A stretch of 64,000 nucleotides of DNA. Origin: Candidatus Bathyarchaeia archaeon (GTDB lineage: Archaea; Thermoproteota; Bathyarchaeia; Bathyarchaeales; Bathycorpusculaceae). The stretch is taken from the NCBI GenBank assembly GCA_049521795.1, contig JBEKOM010000001.1, forward strand, positions 448,001 through 512,000, in the 5' to 3' direction. A program made the position numbers and the translations under genes. The notes below the pieces were generated by a model. The model was not told the DNA's origin. It saw only the letters and a list, made by a program, of their open reading frames with translations, and ran no database searches. Positions 1 through 9,674 of the stretch are shown here, piece by piece (within the stretch, counting starts at the first letter, position 1; each line of letters begins with the position of its first letter).

Positions 1-1
1 T

Positions 2-424
2 GGCAGAGGCGTAGGCGCAGAGCTTTTTCCAGAAGGGGTGAAGATCGTGTTTTCCAGAAGGACGCGAAGAATCCGCTACATCTATCTGGACGGGAAACGG
101 CTTGCCACTATGCGCCCGACGGATGGCATGCTCTCCCTGAGCATCAGAGGTGCAGGACGGATCGTTGAAGGCGTGGCTTCTGCAAAGTGCTTTGTTAAGA
201 TTCAAGATGATGTCTCAAAGTTTATTGCCGAAGGTGGCGACGTGTTTGCAGCGCACGTTGTGAAGGCTGATGAGGAGGTCCGCGCGAAAGACGAGGTAGT
301 CGTGCTCGACAGTAATGAAAAGGTCTTGGCGGTCGGTCGGGCCTTGTTGTCTGGTGAAGAGATGAAGGCTTTCAAGCGCGGTGTCGCTGTCAAGGTTCGA
401 CGTGGCTGTACGGATGAAGGTTAA
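2..424 (+). CDS. PUA-domain RNA-binding protein (archaeosine tRNA-ribosyltransferase C-terminal-like), 5'-truncated by the window edge
   Basis: The frame is open from base 2 (GRGVGAELFPEG...). PUA signature GGDVFAAHVV...DEVVVLD...VLAVGRA...RGVAVKVR. Confidence 0.8.
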   Translation, partial: GRGVGAELFPEGVKIVFSRRTRRIRYIYLDGKRLATMRPTDGMLSLSIRGAGRIVEGVASAKCFVKIQDDVSKFIAEGGDVFAAHVVKADEEVRAKDEVVVLDSNEKVLAVGRALLSGEEMKAFKRGVAVKVRRGCTDEG

Positions 425-471
425 GTTTATGAGTTTTGACCTAGTAAAGGTTAGATGGCAAGGGTGATCAT

Positions 472-825
472 GTGCAGAGGCGTGTCAATCCGCGTGAAGC
501 AAGACGCATGATGCAACGCATGGGCATGAGTATGGATGCGGTTGCGGATGTTGAACAGGTTGTCATAAAAACAAGCGTCAAAGAGATCACTATCGAGGAG
601 CCTGAAGTTGCGATGCTTGAAGTGCAGGGCCAGAAAATCTTTCAGGTGACAGGCGGCAAGATCACTGAGAAAGCCGCAGAGCGTAAACCCTCGGGAATAG
701 CTGAGGAAGACGTAAGACTGGTGGCCGACCAGACCGGCAAGAGCCCAGATGAAGCCAGGAGAGCCTTAGAAGAAAGTGGCGGAGACCTAGCCAAAGCAAT
801 TCTTCTATTACAATCAAAATTCTAG
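472..825 (+). CDS. nac: Nascent polypeptide-associated complex protein (archaeal NAC)
   Basis: NPREARRMMQRMGM N-terminus, NAC core, and UBA-like C-terminus ARRALEESGGDLAKAIL. Confidence 0.93.
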   Translation: MQRRVNPREARRMMQRMGMSMDAVADVEQVVIKTSVKEITIEEPEVAMLEVQGQKIFQVTGGKITEKAAERKPSGIAEEDVRLVADQTGKSPDEARRALEESGGDLAKAILLLQSKF

Positions 826-993
826 CATTTGACCTTTTTACTCAGAAGACTAACTCGCGAGGTTTTGACAAAGCGTAGCGCGGGCACTTGGGCAAGAGTC
901 TAGCGGCGGAACTAACGGAATGAAAGGGTGGTGAGGTTCCGTTTAGTTTAAGTTTACTTTGGCTCAATATGCTAGGCGAGGTCAGATGCGCGC

Positions 994-1908
994 GTGTTCG
1001 ACATTGTTTCTGCAGGGCATTTTGCTGTAGATTCGATTTTCCTGCCTGATCGAAAGAATCCGTTCGTCGTTTTAGGCGGTTCCGTGACTTATGTTTCCCT
1101 TGCTGCGAGGCGCTTGGACGCCAGAGTTTCAGTTATTTCTAAGGTTGGCAGTGACTTTCCAGAAGCTTACAAGTGGTGGCTTGGGCAAGAGGGTGTTGAC
1201 TTATCGAATTTGCTGAGGGTTGAGGAGACGCGGACTACACGTTTTGAACTGAAATACAACAGTGACTTTTCAAACCGTGCCCTGCGGTCAGAGTGCAGAA
1301 TGTCTCCAATCACTGTTGAAGATATATCGAATTCTCTGAGGACCAAAGCTGTTCATATCGGACCTATAGCTGGCGAGGTTGCATACGATGTTGTCGAGAA
1401 GCTGAGAAACTGTGGTGAAATCACCTCCCTTGATCCACAGGGGTTTGTGCGCCGGTTTGACGAGAACGGGAACGTTACCCTTGGACCGCTCGTGGACGAG
1501 CGTGTGTTGGGGCTCATCGACATTTTCAAGTCTTCACTCAACGAACTCTGGGCCGTGACAGGTCTTTCAGAACTTGAACCCGCCGTGAAGGCAATACACG
1601 ATCGTGGCGTCAAGATTGTCATAACCACTTTGGGTGCGAAGGGAGCGGCAGTTTCGGTTGAGGGATCGATCCATGATGTTCCAGCCTACAAACCTGAGAG
1701 GCTTGTTGACCCGACCGGAGCTGGAGACGCCTTCATGGGAGGCTTCTTGGCCGAGTATGTTCGTGGCGAAGATTGTTCTTGGTGTTCATGCGTCGGGGCG
1801 GCGGTTGCTTCGCTTGTTGTTGAATGTATCGGCCCGACATACTTCGGTGACAGAGAAGAAATCATGCGAAGAGCCCGCGTCCTCTATGAAAAGGAAATTA
1901 AGGAATGA
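994..1908 (+). CDS. PfkB-family carbohydrate/nucleoside kinase
   Basis: LGGS N-terminal motif and PfkB signature VDPTGAGDAFMGG. Confidence 0.9.
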   Translation: MFDIVSAGHFAVDSIFLPDRKNPFVVLGGSVTYVSLAARRLDARVSVISKVGSDFPEAYKWWLGQEGVDLSNLLRVEETRTTRFELKYNSDFSNRALRSECRMSPITVEDISNSLRTKAVHIGPIAGEVAYDVVEKLRNCGEITSLDPQGFVRRFDENGNVTLGPLVDERVLGLIDIFKSSLNELWAVTGLSELEPAVKAIHDRGVKIVITTLGAKGAAVSVEGSIHDVPAYKPERLVDPTGAGDAFMGGFLAEYVRGEDCSWCSCVGAAVASLVVECIGPTYFGDREEIMRRARVLYEKEIKE

Positions 1909-1948
1909 GGTGTACTGTAATTCATCAAAACCATGTACATGAGGGGTA

Positions 1949-2161
1949 ATGTCTTTGGGGCGTGTCGCTAAGGGAGTGAAATGCAGCGTGTCGGGCTGTG
2001 GTCAAGATGCCGTACGTTCGCTTTCAGCTGAAAAGGTCAGGTTCGCAGGCCTGAGGGTTGGTAGCGAAAAGCGCGCCTACCTGTGCAAACAGCACTACAA
2101 AGATTATAAGAAGAAGACAAAGAAAGACAAGCAGCTTGAGCAGTGGCGCTACAAGCCATAG
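1949..2161 (+). CDS. Small basic putative zinc-finger protein
   Basis: CSVSGC...LCKQH (C/C/C/H) ligand pattern, Lys-rich. It lies directly upstream of thrS on the same strand. Confidence 0.7.
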   Translation: MSLGRVAKGVKCSVSGCGQDAVRSLSAEKVRFAGLRVGSEKRAYLCKQHYKDYKKKTKKDKQLEQWRYKP

Positions 2162-2182
2162 ACTTTGGAGGACAAACATTCA

Positions 2183-4054
2183 ATGCGAATATTGCAGTTG
2201 CATGCGAACTTTATCGCTTACAAGCCTGTTCAGAAAGAGATTGCCATGGCTGAGGAAGCGGAGAAGAAAGAGGCCCGATTAGAAGAACTGATCGTTCTGT
2301 TCACTGCTGTTGAAGAAGGTGACGATGCGAGAGTCGCTCAGAAAGCTATTGACGAAGTTCAGGCTTTTCTCGAAAAACTGGGCGCGAACCGCATTTTGAT
2401 TTATCCTTACGCTCACTTGAGCAGCAGACTTGCTAGGCCGTCAGAAGCGTTGAAAACGGTTCAAGCCATGGAGGCTTATGCGAAGAAGATGGGCATAGAG
2501 ACGTTCCGTGCACCGTTCGGCTGGAACAAGCAGTTCACGGTCTCAGTCAAAGGCCACCCTCTCGCAGAACAGTCTCGAGTGATACTGCCCGCAGAAGCCA
2601 AGGAGAAAAAAGAAGAAGAGAAGGTCTCTGAGGCAGTGAAGGCCGAGGAAAAACTCAGGTCGTCCTGGCACATCCTTCGGCCTGACGGAAAAATGGTGCC
2701 GGTTGAAGAGTTCAATTTCAAAGGGCACGTAGACCTTGAAAAATTCGCAAGGTACGAGATATCAAAGGTGAGAGCCAGCCAGCAGATGCCACCTCATGTG
2801 ACGCTGATGAAAAGGCTGGAGATCGCTGATTACGAGCTTGGAAGCGACCCTGGAAACATCCGCTGGTACCCGAAGGGCCGACTGATCAAGTCTCTGCTCG
2901 AGCAGTTTGTGGGCGCCAAGATGAACAAGTACGGCGCGATGGAAGTGGAGACTCCGGTAATGTACGACTTTCATCATCCAAGCCTAGCGGATTACGTGAA
3001 CCGCTTTCCTGCGAGGCAATACTTGCTGAAATCAGAGGACAAGGAGCTGTTCCTGCGTTTTGCCGCGTGTTTCGGGCAGTTCTTGATGGTTCATGACGCT
3101 CAGTTCTCTTACAAACACATGCCGATGAAGGTCTACGAGTTAACCCGTTACAGCTTCAGGAGAGAAAAAAGCGGAGAGGTCGTGGGTCTCAGACGGCTCA
3201 GGGCTTTCACCATGCCCGACTGTCACGCGTTCTGCACAGACCTGAAACAAGCTAGTAAAGAATTTGTGACACGTTTCAAGATGTGCATGCAAATTCTAGA
3301 CGAGATAGGATTAGACAAGGATGACTACGAAGTGGGGATACGGTTCACCAAAAACTTCTATGAAGAAAACAAGCAGTTCATCACATCCCTGGCGAAGACT
3401 CTCGGCAAACCCGTGTTAGCTGAGATGTGGAGTGAACGTTTCTTCTACTTCGTGCTGAAATGGGACTTTAACTACGTGGACAATCAGAACAAGGCCGCAG
3501 CTCTCTCAACGGACCAGATCGACGTTGAGAACGCCAAACGCTACGACATAAAGTTCGTCGATGAGAAGGGTGAGAAGCAGTATCCGTTGATTCTGCACTG
3601 TTCTCCGAGCGGCGCCATTGAGAGAGACGTGTATGCACTTTTGGAGAAGGCCTACAAAGAACAGAAGAGAGGCAGGCCGCCGATGCTTCCCGTCTGGCTT
3701 TCTCCGACACAGGTTCGGTTGATCCCCATATCCGACAACTTCCTCAAGGACGTGGAGAAAATGGCTGAACAGATGGAAGCTCACCATGTGCGGGTAGACA
3801 TCGATGATCGTGCGCTGACGCTGCAGAAAAGAGTGCGTGAAGCTGAGATGGAGTGGGTTCCCTACATAATCGTTGTAGGCCAGAAAGAACTCGAGTCCGA
3901 TGTGCTTCCGGTTAGGGACCGATCAAGTGGGAAGATGCGCAACTTGAAACTGAAAGAGTTCATGGCGGAGACCGAAAAGATGATCAGCGACAAGCCCTTC
4001 AAACCGTTGCCGTTGCCGAAGTATCTTTCCAAAAGGCCACAGTTCTACGGCTAG
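2183..4054 (+). CDS. thrS: Threonine--tRNA ligase, archaeal type with N-terminal editing domain
   Basis: MRILQLH start, YPYAHLSS and APFGWNK editing-domain motifs, FRREKSGE motif 2, LHCSPSGAIER motif 3. Confidence 0.97.
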   Translation: MRILQLHANFIAYKPVQKEIAMAEEAEKKEARLEELIVLFTAVEEGDDARVAQKAIDEVQAFLEKLGANRILIYPYAHLSSRLARPSEALKTVQAMEAYAKKMGIETFRAPFGWNKQFTVSVKGHPLAEQSRVILPAEAKEKKEEEKVSEAVKAEEKLRSSWHILRPDGKMVPVEEFNFKGHVDLEKFARYEISKVRASQQMPPHVTLMKRLEIADYELGSDPGNIRWYPKGRLIKSLLEQFVGAKMNKYGAMEVETPVMYDFHHPSLADYVNRFPARQYLLKSEDKELFLRFAACFGQFLMVHDAQFSYKHMPMKVYELTRYSFRREKSGEVVGLRRLRAFTMPDCHAFCTDLKQASKEFVTRFKMCMQILDEIGLDKDDYEVGIRFTKNFYEENKQFITSLAKTLGKPVLAEMWSERFFYFVLKWDFNYVDNQNKAAALSTDQIDVENAKRYDIKFVDEKGEKQYPLILHCSPSGAIERDVYALLEKAYKEQKRGRPPMLPVWLSPTQVRLIPISDNFLKDVEKMAEQMEAHHVRVDIDDRALTLQKRVREAEMEWVPYIIVVGQKELESDVLPVRDRSSGKMRNLKLKEFMAETEKMISDKPFKPLPLPKYLSKRPQFYG

Positions 4055-4139
4055 CGATGGCAGAGATCAGCCAGTTCCGTCCAAAAGATATATGAAACCT
4101 TGATTTGATAGACTAACTTCTCATTTCGGGGGCAGACCG

Positions 4140-5021
4140 TTGGAGGATTTGCAGGTTTACATAGACGGGAAATATTATCCGAAGTCGGAAGCGAAGGTGT
4201 CGGTTTTTGACCACGGCCTGCTGTACGGTGACGGCGTTTTCGAGGGTATCCGCGCCTACGACGGCGTAGTCTTCAAGCTGAAGGAGCACATCAACAGGCT
4301 TTACAGCTCAGCTCACATGATAATGCTGTCGATTCCGATGGGCAGAGAAGAGATGATTCAGAAAACGTTGGAAACGTTGCGGAAGAACAAGATGAGAGAC
4401 GCGTACATACGCCTAGTGGTTACAAGGGGGGCGGGCGACCTCGGGTTGAATCCGAAGAACTGCCCAAAACCATCGATAATCATAATCACAGACACGATCT
4501 CCATGCACAAGAATGATGCCAAAGAGAACGGCGTCACTGCAATGATTTCATGGGTCAAAAGAGACCCTGTGGACGCAACATCACACGAGATAAAGTCCCT
4601 CAACTACCTCAACAGCATCATGGCAAAGATCGAGGCCAACATAGCTGGTGTTGACGAGGCAATCTGTCTTGACAAGAACGGGTTTGTCTGTGAAGGTGTA
4701 GCGGAAAACGTGTTCACAGTGAAGAACGGCAAGATACACACGCCGCCTAGTTGCACGGGTGCCTTGCCCGGGATAACAGCGGAATCGGCCAAGACCCTCG
4801 CTAGACAGCTGGGGTACGAAGCATCGGAGAAGAACGTGACCCCTTATGAGCTTTTCAACGCTGATGAAGTTTTCTTCACGGGAACAGCCGTGGAAATCGT
4901 GCCTGTAAGAGAAATAAACGAAAGGTCAATAGGCGACGGAAAGCCCGGTCCGATTACGAGAAGACTGATGGCCGAGTTCGAAAGAATGGTTCACGATCCG
5001 AAGGAAGGAATAACCATCTAA
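4140..5021 (+). CDS. ilvE: Branched-chain amino acid aminotransferase (class IV PLP)
   Basis: DHGLLYGDGVFEGIRAY, KSLNYL (PLP lysine), LPGIT, DEVFFTGT. Confidence 0.95.
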   Translation: MEDLQVYIDGKYYPKSEAKVSVFDHGLLYGDGVFEGIRAYDGVVFKLKEHINRLYSSAHMIMLSIPMGREEMIQKTLETLRKNKMRDAYIRLVVTRGAGDLGLNPKNCPKPSIIIITDTISMHKNDAKENGVTAMISWVKRDPVDATSHEIKSLNYLNSIMAKIEANIAGVDEAICLDKNGFVCEGVAENVFTVKNGKIHTPPSCTGALPGITAESAKTLARQLGYEASEKNVTPYELFNADEVFFTGTAVEIVPVREINERSIGDGKPGPITRRLMAEFERMVHDPKEGITI

Positions 5022-5058
5022 CAATGGCATGCTCTTTGTCAGCGCAGGCCCATGCTTT

Positions 5059-6273
5059 TTACTCGTTCTTCTTCATGAAGCCTTCAATTTCGTTAAACGC
5101 TTTTTCAAGAATCTCGATCGGCGGAAGGACAACTCCTCTAACGTGTCCAGCTCCGTACACTGGGTCGAATCCAGATCCGTGAACGAAGAGCACTCCGGTT
5201 TCCCTTAGAAGGTCCAAAACGAACTCCATGTCCGTCTTCCATTTTCTCCCCACTTCATGGATTTTGGGGAAGACGTAGAACGCGGCTTCAGGCTTTGCGC
5301 AACTGATCCCTTCAATTCCGTTCAGCCTCTTCCAAGCGAAGTGGCTTCTTTGCCGAAGTTTTTCAACCGTGGCTTTTATGTGTTCTTGCGGACCGTTTAA
5401 GGCTGCCACTCCGGCTTTCTGGACAGGCGTGTTCGCGCAAAGTCTAATCCTAGCTTCCTTCTCGATGCAGTCTCTCATTTCTTGCAGTTCGCCTCTCTGG
5501 CTGTGAAAGTATAGGTATCCGAGTCTCCAGCCTGTCATCAGGTAAGCCTTTGAAAAACCGTTCAAACCTATGACAGGAACGTCTCCGGCCACGTGAGCTG
5601 TGCTAACAAACTTTTTCTGAAACACTAGCTGGTCGTAGATTTCGTCTGACAAGACTAGGAGGTCGTTTTCACCTGCTAGGTCCACTATTTCCTTAATCAC
5701 CTTCTCTTCGTACAGCGCACCGCAAGGGTTGTTTGGGTTGATGATCACTATTGCACGAGTCTTGGGTGAGATCTTTTTTCTGAGGTCATCGATGTTTGGC
5801 TGCCACCCGTCTTCCTCAACTGTTTCGTATGTTATCGGCTTTCCGCCGAAGACTTTGGCGTACGAGATGTACGGTGGGTAAGTTGGTCCTGGAAGAAGGA
5901 TTTCGTCTCCAGAGTCGATGAGCGCGGCCATAACCATCATGATGCCTTCAGAAATTCCTGATGTGACAATCACGTTTTCGGCCGAGACTTCAACGTCGTT
6001 GACTCTTTTCTCTTTCTGGCTGATCGCCTCTCTGAGTTCTGGCAACCCTTCTGAGGGTGAGTAGAGATTCGCGCCTTCTTCAACCGCCATGATCAAGGCT
6101 TGTTTTATGTGCGGCGGCGTGTCAAAATCGAAAGCGTTTGGGTCTCCTATGTTCAGATAGTAGATTTTCTTGCCTGTTTTCGCAACTTGTTTTGCGTATG
6201 GGATGACGTCGCGAATCGCGTATTCGATTGTCTGGACTCTTTCGGTCGGCTTAATTTTGGTCAAGCTCATCAC
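5059..6273 (-). CDS. Class I/II PLP aminotransferase (alanine aminotransferase-like)
   Basis: YAIRD, LNIGDP, INPNNPCG, SDEIYD, NGFSKAYLMTGWRLGY. Confidence 0.9.
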   Translation of the reverse strand: MMSLTKIKPTERVQTIEYAIRDVIPYAKQVAKTGKKIYYLNIGDPNAFDFDTPPHIKQALIMAVEEGANLYSPSEGLPELREAISQKEKRVNDVEVSAENVIVTSGISEGIMMVMAALIDSGDEILLPGPTYPPYISYAKVFGGKPITYETVEEDGWQPNIDDLRKKISPKTRAIVIINPNNPCGALYEEKVIKEIVDLAGENDLLVLSDEIYDQLVFQKKFVSTAHVAGDVPVIGLNGFSKAYLMTGWRLGYLYFHSQRGELQEMRDCIEKEARIRLCANTPVQKAGVAALNGPQEHIKATVEKLRQRSHFAWKRLNGIEGISCAKPEAAFYVFPKIHEVGRKWKTDMEFVLDLLRETGVLFVHGSGFDPVYGAGHVRGVVLPPIEILEKAFNEIEGFMKKNE

Positions 6274-6321
6274 GTTTTAGGGCTGAGATTGTTCAGAAAT
6301 GAGATAAAGATTGTGGAGCGG

Positions 6322-7953
6322 CTACCCTACTGTAAATGTTGCAGACGTTTGATATCCGTCCGCAGTCTGTATGGTAATCGTCACATTTTGACCAACGTAC
6401 GGTTCCCATTTCCATGGAAAGAGCATTCCGACGGCTGACCCTATGGAAATCTGTTGTCCCGCACCGCCTGTCGACTGCCAAGTGATCAGCATCGTTCCGT
6501 TCTCGGTCTCGGTGTTCATCTGAGTTACTGTTGCGTTGATTTTGGAAAACTCGCTGTTGTAGACTGTGACGTTCAAGTAAGGGCTTCCGGGTGAGAGATT
6601 GAAGAAAGACGCATTGGTTATTTCGAGGTATGGAAGCATCAGGTTGTAAGTGAGTTGCGATACGCTTGCATTCATAACGTAAGCTGTCACGGTGACGTTT
6701 TGTCCGACGAAGCTTGACCAGTTGAAAACGCAGGTAAGAGTGGATTGCGCGCCCGCAGCTATCAGTGTTGCAGTGGTAGAGGTTTGGTTTTGGTTCAGGT
6801 CAACTCTTGTCACGTTGACTGTGTTAAGCGAATAAGGCATGTTGGTCATGTTTATGAGGAAAAGGCCGGTGTTTTTCAGGTCAAAAACCACGTTGTTTAT
6901 CTTTGCTGCGACTTCCAGGGGTGTTGTGGCAGTCTGGGTCTGAGACACGAACCCTTCTTCGGTGTAGGCGGTTACTGTAACGTCCATGTTACGGTAGCTG
7001 ATGCTTGTCCAGTTCCAGGCACACGCAAAAACGAAGGTTTGATTCTGGTTGATAGCCATGGGGAGAGACGGGTTTGAGAGGTTTCCGCTTATGACGTCCA
7101 TTGTGCTGCCATATGCCAAGGTGATGTTTGTGACGATTACGGACGTGGCAGAGTCTGGGGAGTTGAATAGCGTTATATCAGCTTCATCCGTGTTTGTTTC
7201 GTTAAAGGTGACCTGCGTCACTTGCAGGCTGATCGAGGAAATGTTTTGTGTTATTTGAGCTGTGTATCCTTCCTGCGTTTGAACTGTGACCACGGCTTGT
7301 ACGAGTTCTTGCCAGTTTTCATAACAAGTAAACGTTATAGTCTGGTTTGCGGGGATCACAGTTGGAAGCTTTATGCTCAGGTTTGCGTCAACAGGATTGT
7401 AGTTAAGCAGAACGTCCGACAGGGTCAAGTTGATCGCCGAAGGTTGATTCGTGACGGTCATGTTGAAGTATTCGGCACTCTTGGAAGCGTCAAAACTTGC
7501 GTCAACTCCAAGGCTTACTTGCTGCGTTTGGACAAGAAGCGCAGCCTCAGTGTCATTCGCGGTCAACACGTGCACTGCAATGAGGCTTCCAGCCAAAGAA
7601 CCCCACGCTAACGAGCAGGTGACGGTTTGAGAGGTTCCTCTGGCAACAATGAGTGGAAGTGCTGGCTGAGAGCTCGTAATGCTCGTTGCGTTGAACCCGC
7701 CTGCTGTTACATAAATAGTCGTTATGTTTGCGTCCGCGATTGAATGCGACGGGTTCAAAACTGTCACGTTGAAATGATTTGCGTCGTTAACTGGAAAGTT
7801 AGCGCCTGTCACGATCAGGTCTAGAGTGTTTTCGGGCTCCCGATAGAACGGTGCTATCGTCCACGTGTACGCGATGAGGGCTCCGATTATCGCTGCGAGC
7901 AAGATGAGTAGGATTGCAAAGAGCGTGGAGATCGCCTTCACCTCTTTTTTCAT
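6322..7953 (-). CDS. Large surface glycoprotein with an archaeal class III (pilin/archaellin-like) signal peptide
   Basis: MKKEVKA|ISTLFAILLILLAAIIGALIAY N-terminus. The body is rich in Thr/Asn/Val with many N-x-S/T sequons and repeated beta-rich modules. Confidence 0.75.
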   Translation of the reverse strand: MKKEVKAISTLFAILLILLAAIIGALIAYTWTIAPFYREPENTLDLIVTGANFPVNDANHFNVTVLNPSHSIADANITTIYVTAGGFNATSITSSQPALPLIVARGTSQTVTCSLAWGSLAGSLIAVHVLTANDTEAALLVQTQQVSLGVDASFDASKSAEYFNMTVTNQPSAINLTLSDVLLNYNPVDANLSIKLPTVIPANQTITFTCYENWQELVQAVVTVQTQEGYTAQITQNISSISLQVTQVTFNETNTDEADITLFNSPDSATSVIVTNITLAYGSTMDVISGNLSNPSLPMAINQNQTFVFACAWNWTSISYRNMDVTVTAYTEEGFVSQTQTATTPLEVAAKINNVVFDLKNTGLFLINMTNMPYSLNTVNVTRVDLNQNQTSTTATLIAAGAQSTLTCVFNWSSFVGQNVTVTAYVMNASVSQLTYNLMLPYLEITNASFFNLSPGSPYLNVTVYNSEFSKINATVTQMNTETENGTMLITWQSTGGAGQQISIGSAVGMLFPWKWEPYVGQNVTITIQTADGYQTSATFTVG

Positions 7954-8314
7954 ATGCAAGTTTTTCCCTCAGTTCCTAAACGATTGTTGTAAACCATATT
8001 TCTCAGTAGTAAATAAGCATTCTCTAGCTCGCCTTTATCTTCCACTCAACGGCTTGACGCCGTCTCTTGCGTTTTCAAAGCCTGTGCAGGCAACAGGGCT
8101 GTTGTGCAAAACGCGTTCTCGCAGTGTTTCTTTATAGCAGATGCGCAATTCGCGCGAAAGAATCGACAAAGCACTGTACAGGCCGCTATGGGCGCACGGA
8201 ACAAGAAAGGCTTCTCTCGTAGCGAACGCCAATATCTTTCCTGCTTCTAGCCTCACAGCTAAGTTTAAATCTTGTTGACTTCAGATGTTGAGTTTCCCAT
8301 CGGAGGGCTTAGGC

Positions 8315-9601
8315 ATGGCAGAACACGATGCGGTCATAGTGGGTGCGGGAATCGTAGGGTTAGCGACTGGGTATCACCTTAAGAAGATGAATCCTAAACT
8401 TGACGTTTTGATCGTTGACAGGCTTGGGGCTGCAGGCCAAGGAAGCACGGCGAAGAGCGCGGCTGCTTTTCGCTGTCTTTTTGCTTCTCGCACAAATTTT
8501 GCTCTGGCGGATTCTTCTGCAGAGTTTTACAGATATGTGCAAGACGATTTGCGCATTGATCTTAAACTGCGGTGGGCTGGTTACCTGTGGTTTTTTGACG
8601 AGGAAGGCTACAGCAGGATGCTCCCAGTGTTGAAGGACCTGGCTGAAAAGGGTTTTCAGTACACAGAGTACGATGAAGAGGAGTTGGCTGACAAACTTGA
8701 GATGCGGACCAGCTTTGATAATGATGAAGAAGCCAAGATGATGGGGTTGGGCAACGTCCACAAGGGAGTTCTGATCCCAAAGGCAGGCTTGATCGACGTG
8801 GACTCTCTCGTAAAGTTTTATGAGTCCGAGTTTCTCAAACTCGGAGGGAAGATCCAGTATCACACTGACGTGAAGGAACTCGTCGTTGAGCCTCGCAGGC
8901 CTCTGGGAATGCCGGGTGAGCCATACTTTTGGCAGGACGCATCGATCACGGGGGTCAACACGACGAAGGGCCTGATAGAGGCAAAGAGGACGATAGTTGC
9001 GGCCGGCGCGTGGGTTTCTCAGCTCCTGGACCCTGTTGGGATAGAATGCTTCGTCAAAGCTAAGAAGCGTCAAGTTTTCTCGATCAAAGCAAAGACGGAG
9101 GGACTGAAGAAACTGTTAACATGCAAGGAATTCACGAAGGCAGGGTGTCTTCCGTTCACGATTCTTCCTAGACCGTCTGCCTACATTCGGCCTGCACCTG
9201 AAGAAGACGCTCTTTGGCTGGCCTACGCTGACGAGTTTCCGAGAGCTTTCAAGTTAGAGGATGAACCTGAGCCTGAAGAAAACTACTACACTTACGGGCT
9301 GTACCAGGTCATGGTTAAGTACTTCCCGCAGTTTACAGACTGCCAGCCGTTCTCAGCTTTCGCTGGGCTTTACGAGATAAACAGCATCGACGGTCAACCC
9401 GTGATTTTTGAGGAAAACAACCTGATGGTCGTCGGCGGCGCAAGTGGAAGCGGCATACTGAAAGCTGACGCAATAGGCAGGATAGCTGGAGCACTCTACA
9501 ATGGTGAAGAGTACGCCAACCTCTACGGTGACAGAAAGTTCAAGGTCAGCGACCTTGGCCTAAAACACAGAAGCGTCGAACCAGAAAAACTCGTGATCTA
9601 A
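8315..9601 (+). CDS. FAD-dependent oxidoreductase, DAO/sarcosine oxidase beta/proline dehydrogenase family
   Basis: GAGIVG Rossmann motif, GSTAKSAA, VAAGAW, FAGLYE, GSGILKAD. Confidence 0.88.
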   Translation: MAEHDAVIVGAGIVGLATGYHLKKMNPKLDVLIVDRLGAAGQGSTAKSAAAFRCLFASRTNFALADSSAEFYRYVQDDLRIDLKLRWAGYLWFFDEEGYSRMLPVLKDLAEKGFQYTEYDEEELADKLEMRTSFDNDEEAKMMGLGNVHKGVLIPKAGLIDVDSLVKFYESEFLKLGGKIQYHTDVKELVVEPRRPLGMPGEPYFWQDASITGVNTTKGLIEAKRTIVAAGAWVSQLLDPVGIECFVKAKKRQVFSIKAKTEGLKKLLTCKEFTKAGCLPFTILPRPSAYIRPAPEEDALWLAYADEFPRAFKLEDEPEPEENYYTYGLYQVMVKYFPQFTDCQPFSAFAGLYEINSIDGQPVIFEENNLMVVGGASGSGILKADAIGRIAGALYNGEEYANLYGDRKFKVSDLGLKHRSVEPEKLVI

Positions 9602-9674
9602 CCTCCATAAAGGATTATGCTTATTTACTTACAGTCACTTATTTTCACACACTCATTTTCGGGAAGCCAGCGTT

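Noticed and set aside
8360-9073. Long antisense ORFs (for example 8360-9073, 11764-12387, 43212-43898, 62873-63616)
   Set aside because: They are shadow or alternative frames overlapping well-supported genes and carry no recognisable motifs.
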